DNA of 64,000 bases, taken from Alphaproteobacteria bacterium (GTDB lineage: Bacteria; Pseudomonadota; Alphaproteobacteria; Ferrovibrionales; Ferrovibrionaceae). Location of the stretch: NCBI GenBank assembly GCA_026126215.1, contig JAHCJQ010000002.1:16261-80260 (forward strand). Direction: 5' to 3'. The number at the start of each line of letters is the position of its first letter. The stretch's first letter is position 1. The notes below the pieces were generated by a model. It ran no database searches. It saw nothing but the letters and a program-made list of their open reading frames with translations, and had not been told where the DNA came from. Below are positions 1 to 9,435 of this stretch, piece after piece. The translations under genes and the position numbers were made by a program.

Positions 1-613
<613 letters not shown>

Positions 614-678
614 TTCTCTCCTCCCTGTCGTTTGTGCTGGTCTTCGGGAACTGCGCGAGCCTTTCGCACCGTGCGATG

Positions 679-2076
679 TCAGCGCCCCCGCTGCTCGCGC
701 AGCCTTTCGTCGGCAATGAAGATGATGTCGTCGGCGCGCAGCGCCGCCGGACTGCCGGGCGGCAGGCGCCCCTTCGCCCGCTCCGCCTGCTGGCGCGCAT
801 CGAGCACCCGACCGGTCAGCAGGGCACGTTCGGCCGAGGCGAGGTGCGCCTCGCCGAGCCGGCCGATGCGGCCATAGCCGATGGAAAGCTGGAACCAGGC
901 GCCCGGCTGACGCGGATCGAGCCGCACGGCTTCTTCGAGGATCTGCACGGCGCGCTGGGTTTCCGCAGGGTCCTCGGTTGCGATGCGGGCCTGGCCGAGA
1001 GCGTAGAGCAGAACCGGATCGCGCGGGCGCAGGCGGACGCTTTCATCGTATGCGACTACCGATTCGGCGATCCGGCCATTCTCGAACAGCATCTGGCCCT
1101 TGAGTTCCCAGAAGAAGGGATCTTTCGGCCGTTCGGCCAGCAATCCGTCGATCTCGGCCAAAGCCCTGTCCATGTCAGGCTGGCGGTAGTAAGCGATGGC
1201 GCGCGCATAGCGCGCCGGCAGGCTTGTGTCGGACAGGGGATAGCGCCGCAAGGTCGTGCCGAGCGGCTCGAGGAAGCCGACCAGCTTGGCCTGGGTGCGC
1301 GCGTGCATCTCGACATGTTCCGGCGGCGATGGCGTGTTCGCGAACGGAGATGCCTCGACGCGCGTGCGCAGCGCATCAAGTCGCTCGCGCGAGATCGGAT
1401 GGGTCCGCACATAAGGATCCTGGCGCTGCGCGAGCAGGGCTTCCTGGTCGCCGAGAATCTTCAGGAACTCCATCAGGCCGCGGCCGCTCTGGCCGGTCCG
1501 TTCCAGATAGGTGAGCCCGGCCTGGTCGGCCGCGCTTTCCTGGGTGCGCGAGAAGGCGAGGAAGCCGCGCTGCGCCATTTGCTGGCCACCAAGGATGATC
1601 GCCGCGCCCGCATCGGCGCCGTCCCGTCCCGAACCGCTCGCCGCTCCGGCCGCGATGGCGGCGGCGCCAAGCACGGTGGCGATCAGGCTTTCGATATAGG
1701 CGTTGCGCAGCGCTTCTTCCGAGCGTGCGATATGACCGCCCGAGATGTGTCCGGTCTCGTGCGCCAGCACGCCGATCACCTGCTGCGGCGTCTCGGCGCG
1801 CATGAGGAGGCCGGTATGCATGAAGATGCGCTGGCCGTTCGTGACGAAGGCATTGAGCGAGCGGTCGTTTACCAGATGCACGCTCACCGCGTCGGGATCG
1901 AGGCCTGCGGCCGCGAAGATCGGCGTTGCGTAAACGCGGATGATATGTTCGATTTCGGCATCGCGAACCAGGGCGATCCGGCGCTGCTGCGCCAGGGCTT
2001 CGCCAATCGGCCCAAGTAGCGCGCCGAGCAAGCAGAGGAAGGCGGCGAAACTGGTGAATCCGGAAGCGTTGCGCAA
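679..2076 (-). CDS. M48-family zinc metalloprotease with C-terminal TPR repeats (BepA/YfgC-like), secreted
   Basis: 465-aa track ORF with an N-terminal signal peptide ([20 protein letters not shown]) and the HExxH motif [10 protein letters not shown]. The C-terminal half is TPR-like. Confidence 0.85.
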   Translation of the reverse strand: MRNASGFTSFAAFLCLLGALLGPIGEALAQQRRIALVRDAEIEHIIRVYATPIFAAAGLDPDAVSVHLVNDRSLNAFVTNGQRIFMHTGLLMRAETPQQVIGVLAHETGHISGGHIARSEEALRNAYIESLIATVLGAAAIAAGAASGSGRDGADAGAAIILGGQQMAQRGFLAFSRTQESAADQAGLTYLERTGQSGRGLMEFLKILGDQEALLAQRQDPYVRTHPISRERLDALRTRVEASPFANTPSPPEHVEMHARTQAKLVGFLEPLGTTLRRYPLSDTSLPARYARAIAYYRQPDMDRALAEIDGLLAERPKDPFFWELKGQMLFENGRIAESVVAYDESVRLRPRDPVLLYALGQARIATEDPAETQRAVQILEEAVRLDPRQPGAWFQLSIGYGRIGRLGEAHLASAERALLTGRVLDARQQAERAKGRLPPGSPAALRADDIIFIADERLREQRGR

Positions 2077-2143
2077 AAGGCGGTCCTTTCTTCCCCTCGT
2101 TGAACCTAGGCAGCCGGCGGCGGCGCGTCAATGCGCGCGCCGG

Positions 2144-3571
2144 GTGGTATTCGTCTTGCTGCTCGCCGGGCTGGCCGCCTGCGAGAGCGGGCCGCAATCG
2201 GCCCTGGCGCCGGTTGAAGGCAGCCAGGCCTTCGCTGGGGCCATCGCCGCCGACGAGCCGCGCGCCGCCATCGCCGGTCGCGATATACTGACGGCGGGCG
2301 GCTCGGCCGCCGATGCCGCCGCTGCCATGTTCCTGACGCTGACCGCGACCTATCCGCAGGCCGCCGGCCTCGGCGGTGGTGGCATGTGCATGGTCTATTC
2401 GCCGCGCACCAACAAGGCCGAAGCCCTGGATTTCCTGCCCCGGCTGCCGCGCGGTGGCGGCGAACTGGCGCTTCCCGGCAACTTGCGCGGTTTCGGCGCG
2501 CTGCAGGCGCGACACGGCAAGCTGCGCTGGAGCGCGGTGGTCACGCCGGCAGAGACCCTGGCGCTCTTCGGCTGGCGCGCCACGCGCGCCACTGTCCGCG
2601 CCCTCGGCGATCTGGACCCCGACGATTTGGGCAAGCCGGCCGCCATTGCCTATATGGATGGCATCAACGTGGTGCCAGAAGGGGCGGAGATCAAGCGGCC
2701 GGACCTCGGCCTGCTGCTTGGGCGGATCCGGATGGAAGGGCCGAACCTGCTCAATTCCGGCGCGCTGGCGCAGTCTCTGGTGGAGGCGGCGTCGGAGCAG
2801 GGTGGGCAGTTCCTCGCGGAGGATCTGCGCAGTATCGCGCCGGCCTGGAGCGATGCGACAGCCCTCCAGGTGGACAGCACCTCCATCGCCATCGCGCCCG
2901 GTCCGGCCGGCGAGGCATTTCGCCGTATCTGGGAAGGGAGCGTGACGCCGGGGCTCAGGCTGATCGGCTCCGCCAGTCACGATCGCGGCCGGCTTGCGAC
3001 GGCGATGGCGGGTGCGCACGGGAACCTGAGCGGGGCGGAGCCGCTCGCCTCTGCGGCCAGCACCTCCTTCGCCGCCATGGACGCGGATGGACAGGCCGTG
3101 GCCTGTGCGGTGACCATGCAGCAACCCTTCGGCAACGGACGGGGACTGGCGGATGGCGCGATCCAGTTCGCGCCGCGGCCGGGGCCGGAAGGGGCGGCCG
3201 GCGCGCGGCTGGTGGCGACGGTGGCCTTCAACACGGTGAACAAGCTGGGCTTCGCCGCCGGCGCGGCGACCGGCGGCCTGACTGCGGCGGCGGCGCTGGC
3301 GCAAACCTCGGCGCTTGCCCTGGTGACCGGCCGGCCGGTGACCGAGGCGCTGGCGGCATCCAGGATCTTTCGCGCCAGTTCGGGAGCCGTGTTGCAGGCC
3401 GAGGCAGGTGCCGAAGCCGAACTTACGCGCGGCGAGAACGTGGCCGAGGTCTCGCGCCTCGGCCTCGTCAACCTGATCTACTGTCCGGGCAGCGCCCAGC
3501 GCGGGCCGCAGACCTGTCGTGCGGCGGCCGATCCGCGTGGCTTCGGCCTGGCGCAGATCGCCGGGCGCTAG
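2144..3571 (+). CDS. Gamma-glutamyltransferase-family protein, probable lipoprotein
   Basis: Frame of track ORF 1940..3571. The upstream part overlaps the divergent M48 gene, so I place the start at in-frame GTG 2144, giving the lipobox-like VVFVLLLAGLAAC. GGT-like blocks: AADEPRAAIAGRDILTAGGSAADAA and STSFAAMDADGQAVACAVT. The start is uncertain. Confidence 0.7.
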   Translation: MVFVLLLAGLAACESGPQSALAPVEGSQAFAGAIAADEPRAAIAGRDILTAGGSAADAAAAMFLTLTATYPQAAGLGGGGMCMVYSPRTNKAEALDFLPRLPRGGGELALPGNLRGFGALQARHGKLRWSAVVTPAETLALFGWRATRATVRALGDLDPDDLGKPAAIAYMDGINVVPEGAEIKRPDLGLLLGRIRMEGPNLLNSGALAQSLVEAASEQGGQFLAEDLRSIAPAWSDATALQVDSTSIAIAPGPAGEAFRRIWEGSVTPGLRLIGSASHDRGRLATAMAGAHGNLSGAEPLASAASTSFAAMDADGQAVACAVTMQQPFGNGRGLADGAIQFAPRPGPEGAAGARLVATVAFNTVNKLGFAAGAATGGLTAAAALAQTSALALVTGRPVTEALAASRIFRASSGAVLQAEAGAEAELTRGENVAEVSRLGLVNLIYCPGSAQRGPQTCRAAADPRGFGLAQIAGR

Positions 3572-3582
3572 GGGCTTTCACC

Positions 3583-4722
3583 ATGAAGATCGCGCGGCGC
3601 GGCGGCATCGATCCCTTCATCGCCATGGAGGTGATGAAGGCGGCGAACGAGCGGCAGGCGGCGGGTGGCGACGTCATCCATATGGAGGTCGGGCAACCTT
3701 CGACCGGCGCGCCGCGCACCGTGCGCGATGCCGCGATGCGGGCACTCGGCAGCGACCGCCTCGGCTATACCGAGGCGCTGGGAATTCCGCCGCTCCGCGC
3801 GGCGATCGCAAAGCATTACCGGGATTATTATGGCCTCGCCGTGGCGCCGGAGCGCATCGTGGTGACCACCGGTTCGTCGGGTGCCTTCCTGCTCGCGTTT
3901 CTCGCCGTCTTCGATCATGGCGATCGCATCGGCGTCGCCGAGCCCGGCTATCCAGCCTATCGCAACATCCTGACGGCGCTCGGCATAGAAATGATTCCGC
4001 TGCCCAGCCGAGCCGAGAGCGGCTTCCGCCTCGACGCATCGCAGCTCCGCCGTGCCGGCGCCATGGACGGCATCCTCGTGGCGACGCCGGCCAACCCGAC
4101 CGGAACGATGCTGGACCTGGCGCGATTGCAGGGACTGGTCGATGTGGCGGAGGAACGCAACATCGCGCTGATCGTGGACGAGATCTATCACGGCATCACC
4201 TATGGTGGCCGCGCGCAGTCGGTCCTGGCGCTGACCGACAAGGCCATCGTCATCAACAGTTTCTCGAAATACTTTTCGATGACCGGCTGGCGGCTGGGCT
4301 GGATGGTGCTGCCGGAAGTGCTGATCCGTCCTGTGGAGTGCCTGGCGCAAAACCTTTTCATCTCGCCGCCCAGCCTGTCGCAATGGGCGGCGATCGCCGC
4401 CTTCGATGCCCATGACGAGCTGGAAGCGAATGTGGCCCGCTATGCGGCAAACCGGGCGCTGCTGCTCGATGAGCTGCCGAGTGCGGGCTTCGATCGGCTG
4501 GCGCCGGTGGACGGCGCCTTCTACATCTATGCCGATGTCTCGCGGCTGACCAACGATTCCGTCGCCTTCAGCCGCCGCATGCTGAAGGAGATCGGTGTCG
4601 CCGCCACCCCCGGCCTCGATTTCGATCGCGCGGAGGGCCGCCATTTCATGCGTTTCTCCTTCGCAGGATCGACCCAGGAAATGCGCGAGGCGGCGCGCCG
4701 GCTCAGAGATTGGCGGAAGTAG
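3583..4722 (+). CDS. PLP-dependent aminotransferase, class I/II
   Basis: C-terminal 379 codons of track ORF 2386..4722, starting at ATG 3583 (MKIARRGGIDPFIAMEV). Motifs: ATPANPTG and SFSKYFSMTGWRLGW (PLP-lysine region). Confidence 0.85.
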   Translation: MKIARRGGIDPFIAMEVMKAANERQAAGGDVIHMEVGQPSTGAPRTVRDAAMRALGSDRLGYTEALGIPPLRAAIAKHYRDYYGLAVAPERIVVTTGSSGAFLLAFLAVFDHGDRIGVAEPGYPAYRNILTALGIEMIPLPSRAESGFRLDASQLRRAGAMDGILVATPANPTGTMLDLARLQGLVDVAEERNIALIVDEIYHGITYGGRAQSVLALTDKAIVINSFSKYFSMTGWRLGWMVLPEVLIRPVECLAQNLFISPPSLSQWAAIAAFDAHDELEANVARYAANRALLLDELPSAGFDRLAPVDGAFYIYADVSRLTNDSVAFSRRMLKEIGVAATPGLDFDRAEGRHFMRFSFAGSTQEMREAARRLRDWRK

Positions 4723-4759
4723 GACGGGCCGCGCTCCCTGCGGCGCGCCTTCCCTTGCG

Positions 4760-7522
4760 TTACTGACCCTCGCCGTTGCGCCGGCGCCACCAGCCGAAGC
4801 GGCGCGGCTTCGCCGGCTCGGCCGCGGCCGAAGTTGGCGCGGCTTCCGCTGCCGATGGTTCTGCCGTGGCGAGCATCCCCGGCGCCAGCTCCCTTTCGGC
4901 CATTCCAGCGGATGCGAGTTCGGCCGATGCCGGCTCCGTGGCTGCGCGCTCCACCATCGTGATTTCCGCAGGTGCGGTCTCGCCAGCCGCCGGTTCCACC
5001 GCTGGGGGCATGGCGGCTTCGCTCCGATATTCGATCATCGCCGGCGATTCCATTTGCTCCGGCGCAGTTTCAGGTTGGGCCACCTGATCCGCATCTGCGT
5101 GGGCGGTCTGGTCCGGCGGAACCTCGCGGTGCTCCTCCTGTTCGTCCCCGCGACGGCGACGGCGCCCGCCGCGGCGACCGCGGCGGCGGCGGCGGGCCGA
5201 ACCATCGCCATCGCCTTCTTCGCCGACGCCGGCATCCGCGGCAAGATCGCCGACGGCCTCATCCGTCTCGCCGTCCTCGACTTCGCCCTCACCCGCGTCG
5301 CCCGAAGCGCTCTCGCCCGCCGTCTCGCCGGCCTGCTCGCCCTCCGCAGCTTCCTCGCCCCGGCGCGGCCGGCGGCGGCGGCGCCTGCGACGGCGGCGGC
5401 TTGAATCGTCCTGGCCGTCCTCGCCGGTGCTCTCCTCGGCCTGTACCTCGGCTTCTTCCTCCTCGACCTCGGGTGACGGCGTCTCGATATCGCTCGGCCG
5501 CACGCTTTCGGCGCTGATCGCGGCCCGGGCCTGGGTGCTCGGCTGCTTCTGGCGGCTGCGCTCGATCTTGTGCGCGGGCGGTATCAGGCTGTCGTCGCCC
5601 TCGAACAGAACGCGGATTCCATAGCGGGCTTCGATGCCTTGCAGCGCCTCGCGCTTCATATTGAGGATGTACATGGCGACCGAGGTGGCGACATGCACGG
5701 TCAGCTCCTGCGCACGCTCGCGCATCGCCTCTTCCTCGATCGCGCGCAACAGATAGAGCGCGGTGGAGTCGGTCGAGCGGATATATCCGAGCCCACCGCA
5801 ATGCGGGCAGGTGCGCGTCGAGCTTTCCAGAAGGCTCGGACGCAGTCGCTGGCGCGACATCTCGAGCAGGCCGAAGGGGCTGATGCGCCCGACCTGGATG
5901 CGCGCGCGGTCGGCCTTGAGGCACTCCTTGAGGCGCCGCTCGACATTGCGATTGTTGCGGCCTTCCTCCATGTCGATGAAGTCGATGACGATCAGGCCGG
6001 CAAGATCGCGCAGGCGAAGCTGCCGGGCGATCTCCTCCGCCGCTTCGAGGTTGGTCTTGAAAGCCGTTTCCTCGATATTGTGCTCGCGCGTCGACTTGCC
6101 GGAATTGACGTCGATGGAGACCAGCGCCTCGGTCGGGTTGATCACGATATAGCCGCCGGACTTGAGCGACACGGTCGGGCTGTACATCGAATCGAACTGC
6201 TGTTCGATCTGGTAGCGGTGCAGAAGGTGGATCGGATCCTTGTACAGGCGGACCTTGTCCACATGGCCCGGCATGATCATGGCCATGAACTCGCGCGCCT
6301 GGTGATAGGCGTCCTCGCCCTCGACCAGGATTTCCTCGATGTCGCTCGAGTAATAGTCGCGGATCGAGCGCTTGATCAGGCTGCCTTCCTCGTAGACCAG
6401 GCAGGGCGCCTGCGAACGCAGGGTCAGTTCGCGCACCGAATCCCAAAGCCGCAGCAGGTAGTCAAAATCGCGCTTGATCTCGGGCTTGGCGCGGTCCATG
6501 CCGGCGGTGCGCAGGATGACACCCATGCCCTCCGGCACATCGAGATCGTCGACGATGCCCTTGAGGCGCTTGCGATCGCTCGGGTTGGCGATCTTGCGGC
6601 TGATGCCGCCGCCGCGCGCCGAGTTCGGCATGAGCACGCAATAGCGGCCGGCAAGGGACAGATAGGTCGTGAGCGCGGCGCCCTTGTTGCCGCGTTCCTC
6701 CTTGACCACCTGCACCAGCATGATCTGCCGGCGCTTGATCACTTCCTGGATCTTGTAGTTCCGCAGGTACTGCCGGCGCTTGCGCGCGAGATCGCGGGCA
6801 TCCTCCGCATCGTCGTCGCCGGCCTCCGCCGGTCGGGCGGGGGAAGCCACCTGCGGTTCGGCCGCATCATCATCGCTGCCGATGCTGTCCGCCGCTTCTG
6901 CCGGTTCGGCATTCGCCACGCCGCCGGGAGCGATCTCGCCGGCCGGGGAAGTGCCTGCCTCCATTTCGCCAGCATGGGCGCCGGCCTCGGGTACGGGCTG
7001 TTCGTCCACCCGATCGCCGGAGGGCCCGGGCGCCCCATCAGAAGCGACGAACGGGCCGCCCAGGGTCTCCGGCTCGATGCCGATGGCCATGACGCCGCTC
7101 TCGCCTTCGCCGCCATGGATCTCCTCGATTACGTCCTCGCCGGTATCGACCTCGACGACGTTGGAGATATCCTCGTCCGGACGGCCTTCGGCGGCCTGCG
7201 CCTCGGCCTCGACCTGGGCATCTATCGCGGCTTCCTCTGCAGCCTGCAGTTCGAGCAGGCGCTGCCGGTCGGCGACCGGTATCTGGTAATAGTCGGGATG
7301 GATCTCGCTGAAGGCGAGGAAACCGTGCCGGTTGCCACCATATTCGACGAACGCGGCCTGGAGGGCCGGTTCGACGCGGGTGACGCGGGCAAGATAGATG
7401 TTTCCCTTGAGGGGGCGCCGGCTGGCGCTTTCGAAATCGAATTCTTCGAGGCGGTTACCCTTCACCACGACGACCCGCGTTTCCTCGGGATGCGTGGCGT
7501 CGATCAACATGCGGGTTGCCAT
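4760..7522 (-). CDS. rne: Ribonuclease E
   Basis: 920-aa ORF with N-terminus MATRMLIDATHPEETRVVVVKGNRLEEFDFE...GNIYLARVTRVEPALQAAFVEYG. It contains KEERGNKGAALTTYLSLAGRYCVLMP and the Zn-link CPHCGG, followed by an Arg-rich/acidic C-terminal tail. Confidence 0.95.
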   Translation of the reverse strand: MATRMLIDATHPEETRVVVVKGNRLEEFDFESASRRPLKGNIYLARVTRVEPALQAAFVEYGGNRHGFLAFSEIHPDYYQIPVADRQRLLELQAAEEAAIDAQVEAEAQAAEGRPDEDISNVVEVDTGEDVIEEIHGGEGESGVMAIGIEPETLGGPFVASDGAPGPSGDRVDEQPVPEAGAHAGEMEAGTSPAGEIAPGGVANAEPAEAADSIGSDDDAAEPQVASPARPAEAGDDDAEDARDLARKRRQYLRNYKIQEVIKRRQIMLVQVVKEERGNKGAALTTYLSLAGRYCVLMPNSARGGGISRKIANPSDRKRLKGIVDDLDVPEGMGVILRTAGMDRAKPEIKRDFDYLLRLWDSVRELTLRSQAPCLVYEEGSLIKRSIRDYYSSDIEEILVEGEDAYHQAREFMAMIMPGHVDKVRLYKDPIHLLHRYQIEQQFDSMYSPTVSLKSGGYIVINPTEALVSIDVNSGKSTREHNIEETAFKTNLEAAEEIARQLRLRDLAGLIVIDFIDMEEGRNNRNVERRLKECLKADRARIQVGRISPFGLLEMSRQRLRPSLLESSTRTCPHCGGLGYIRSTDSTALYLLRAIEEEAMRERAQELTVHVATSVAMYILNMKREALQGIEARYGIRVLFEGDDSLIPPAHKIERSRQKQPSTQARAAISAESVRPSDIETPSPEVEEEEAEVQAEESTGEDGQDDSSRRRRRRRRRRPRRGEEAAEGEQAGETAGESASGDAGEGEVEDGETDEAVGDLAADAGVGEEGDGDGSARRRRRGRRGGRRRRRGDEQEEHREVPPDQTAHADADQVAQPETAPEQMESPAMIEYRSEAAMPPAVEPAAGETAPAEITMVERAATEPASAELASAGMAERELAPGMLATAEPSAAEAAPTSAAAEPAKPRRFGWWRRRNGEGQ

Positions 7523-8090
7523 GCGGCATATGCTCCGCGGCGGACCGTCGCTTGCGCGAACAACAGGCGACGAACCGCCTTATCTTTCGCGAAGCCTGCG
7601 GCGCCGGTGTCGACTCGCCCATGAACCGCTTCGGCGGATCACGGTCTGACGATACGTGACGCCGGCGCTCCCGCGAGGATCCGATCCGCCGCGATCCGCC
7701 GCCACGACAATCGGGCTGGCGGAAAGCTTCGTGGTTCCAACATGCTCCGCCCTGTCTTCCTCGTTACGCCACGTGGCCGGGGCAGGGGCCGTTACCGGAT
7801 TTCCGCGCCTGAAGGCTCGCCGTGCGTCCCGCCGCCTGTCCGCTCGACCCGGGGGCCGGCGCAGGCTCGACTGCGGAGGTTCGCAACCGGCAGTCTAGAC
7901 GTCCGCTAGCCGGCCAACAACCATTTTGATTGGCAGCCTGGGCGAGTCCGGGCGGGGCAGTTGCGCAACCAGGCGGCGAAAAACTTGCCAAACCTGGGGA
8001 AATGCCGGCCGCTGGGCGCGGTTTCCCTTGAATCTGAACCACTTGCGTGGTTAGCCTGAAACCGCGAATCGGCCTTACCGGAAGTCGCCC
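7523..8090. promoter_or_regulatory. 568-nt divergent intergenic region: long rne 5-prime leader plus promoters for rne and the amidase gene
   Basis: No credible ORF and no tRNA-like sequence. The region lies directly upstream of rne, whose long structured autoregulatory leader is well established in E. coli. The boundaries are simply the flanking start codons. Confidence 0.4.
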
Positions 8091-9347
8091 GTGACTGTCA
8101 GGATGCCCAAACTGCTCCGTCTCCTGGGCGGACTTGCGATTGCGACCTGGCTCGCGCTGCCGGGCGGTGGCGCGGGCGTGTCCGAGGCTTGGGCGCAACC
8201 CACGGTGAGCGGCATCCGCGTCGGGCAGCCAGCCGATAATATCACGCGCTTCGTCCTCGATCTGTCGGAGGATGTGAAGTTCAACCTGTTCCTATTGCCA
8301 GACCCGCACCGGGTGGTGCTGGATCTGCCACAGATCAACTGGAGCGTCGATCCCGGTGCCGGCACGCAGGCGCGTGGACTGATCACCGGCTTTCGCTTCG
8401 GCCAGTTCCAGCCGGGCACCGCCCGCATGGTGCTCGATCTAGGTCAGCCGGCGGAAATCGTGCTGGCACAGGTCATCCCGCCGCGCGATGGCGCCGGTCA
8501 CCGGCTGGTGGTCGATCTGCGAGGCGCCACGCGCGAGCGATTCCTGGAGGCAGTGCAGCGCACGAAGCCGACCGCGCTAACGCAGGTTGCCGCCGCCGTC
8601 CCACCGCTCGGCACGCCGCGGCCGCGCGGCGACGGGCGCAAGATTATCATGCTTGATCCAGGGCATGGCGGCGTCGACCCCGGCGCCATCGGCGTTTCCG
8701 GCATTTACGAGAAGCAGATCACGCTGATGTTCGCCCAGGAGCTGCGGCGCAAGCTCCAGGCCACCGGGCGGTACCGGGTGCTGATGACGCGCGAGGGCGA
8801 CGAATTCGTCGAACTGCGCCGGCGGGTCGATCTGGCGCGCGAAGCACAGGCCGATCTTTTCGTTTCGATCCACGCCGATTCGATCGAGAACCGCCAGGTA
8901 CGGGGTGGGACCGTCTACACGCTTTCGCAGACCGCTTCGGACCGCGAGGCCGAACAGCTCGCCGCCAAGGAGAACAAGGTCGATATCATCGCCGGCATCG
9001 ACCTGGGACGGGAATCCGATCAGGTGACATCGATCCTGATCGATCTGGCGCAGCGGGAGACCATGAACCATTCGGCGACTTTCGCGCAGATCCTCGTGCG
9101 CGAGATGGAACAGCGGGTCCATATGCACAAGAACGGCCACCGTTTTGCCGGTTTCCGGGTGCTCAAGGCGCCGGACGTGCCCTCTGTCCTTGTGGAGCTC
9201 GGCTATCTCTCGAGCCGGGCGGACGAGCAGATGCTGCGCTCGCCCGCCGGCCGTGCCCGGCTGGCCGACGCGCTCCTGCGGGCCGTCGACCGGTATTTCG
9301 AAGGCGGCCGCAACTGCGCCGCCGCAGCCCTGTCCTGCCCGCCCTGA
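8091..9347 (+). CDS. N-acetylmuramoyl-L-alanine amidase (AMIN domain + Amidase_3), AmiC-like
   Basis: Signal peptide LLGGLAIATWLALPGGGAGVSEAWA, an AMIN-like N-terminal domain (RFVLDLSEDV...RVVLDLPQ) and Amidase_3 motifs MLDPGHGGVDPGA and FVSIHADS. The start is GTG 8091 or ATG 8103. Confidence 0.85.
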   Translation: MTVRMPKLLRLLGGLAIATWLALPGGGAGVSEAWAQPTVSGIRVGQPADNITRFVLDLSEDVKFNLFLLPDPHRVVLDLPQINWSVDPGAGTQARGLITGFRFGQFQPGTARMVLDLGQPAEIVLAQVIPPRDGAGHRLVVDLRGATRERFLEAVQRTKPTALTQVAAAVPPLGTPRPRGDGRKIIMLDPGHGGVDPGAIGVSGIYEKQITLMFAQELRRKLQATGRYRVLMTREGDEFVELRRRVDLAREAQADLFVSIHADSIENRQVRGGTVYTLSQTASDREAEQLAAKENKVDIIAGIDLGRESDQVTSILIDLAQRETMNHSATFAQILVREMEQRVHMHKNGHRFAGFRVLKAPDVPSVLVELGYLSSRADEQMLRSPAGRARLADALLRAVDRYFEGGRNCAAAALSCPP

Positions 9348-9435
9348 ACGCGCCGGTCCGTAACGCGGTGGCGGGGAGCGCCTTGACCCGGTTATGATTG
9401 TTTTATCGGCCCCCCCCCGTCCCCAGCATGGAATC

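Noticed and set aside
2386-3582. Apparent 778-aa fusion protein (track ORF 2386..4722), with an N-terminal extension of the aminotransferase.
   Set aside because: The upstream 400 codons overlap the GGT-family gene in another frame and are Arg/Gly-rich nonsense. A proper ATG at 3583 begins the conserved aminotransferase N-terminus.
5140-5410. Tandem-repeat-looking CGG/CGC/GCC tracts that might be taken for a repeat array or microsatellite.
   Set aside because: They lie in frame within rne and encode the poly-Arg/acidic blocks of its disordered tail. No spacer-repeat periodicity of CRISPR type is present.
5570-7624. 684-aa plus-strand ORF covering most of the rne locus.
   Set aside because: It is antisense to an unmistakable RNase E gene. 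Its composition is low-complexity Ala/Arg/Gly/Leu with no motifs. This is the typical shadow ORF of high-GC DNA.
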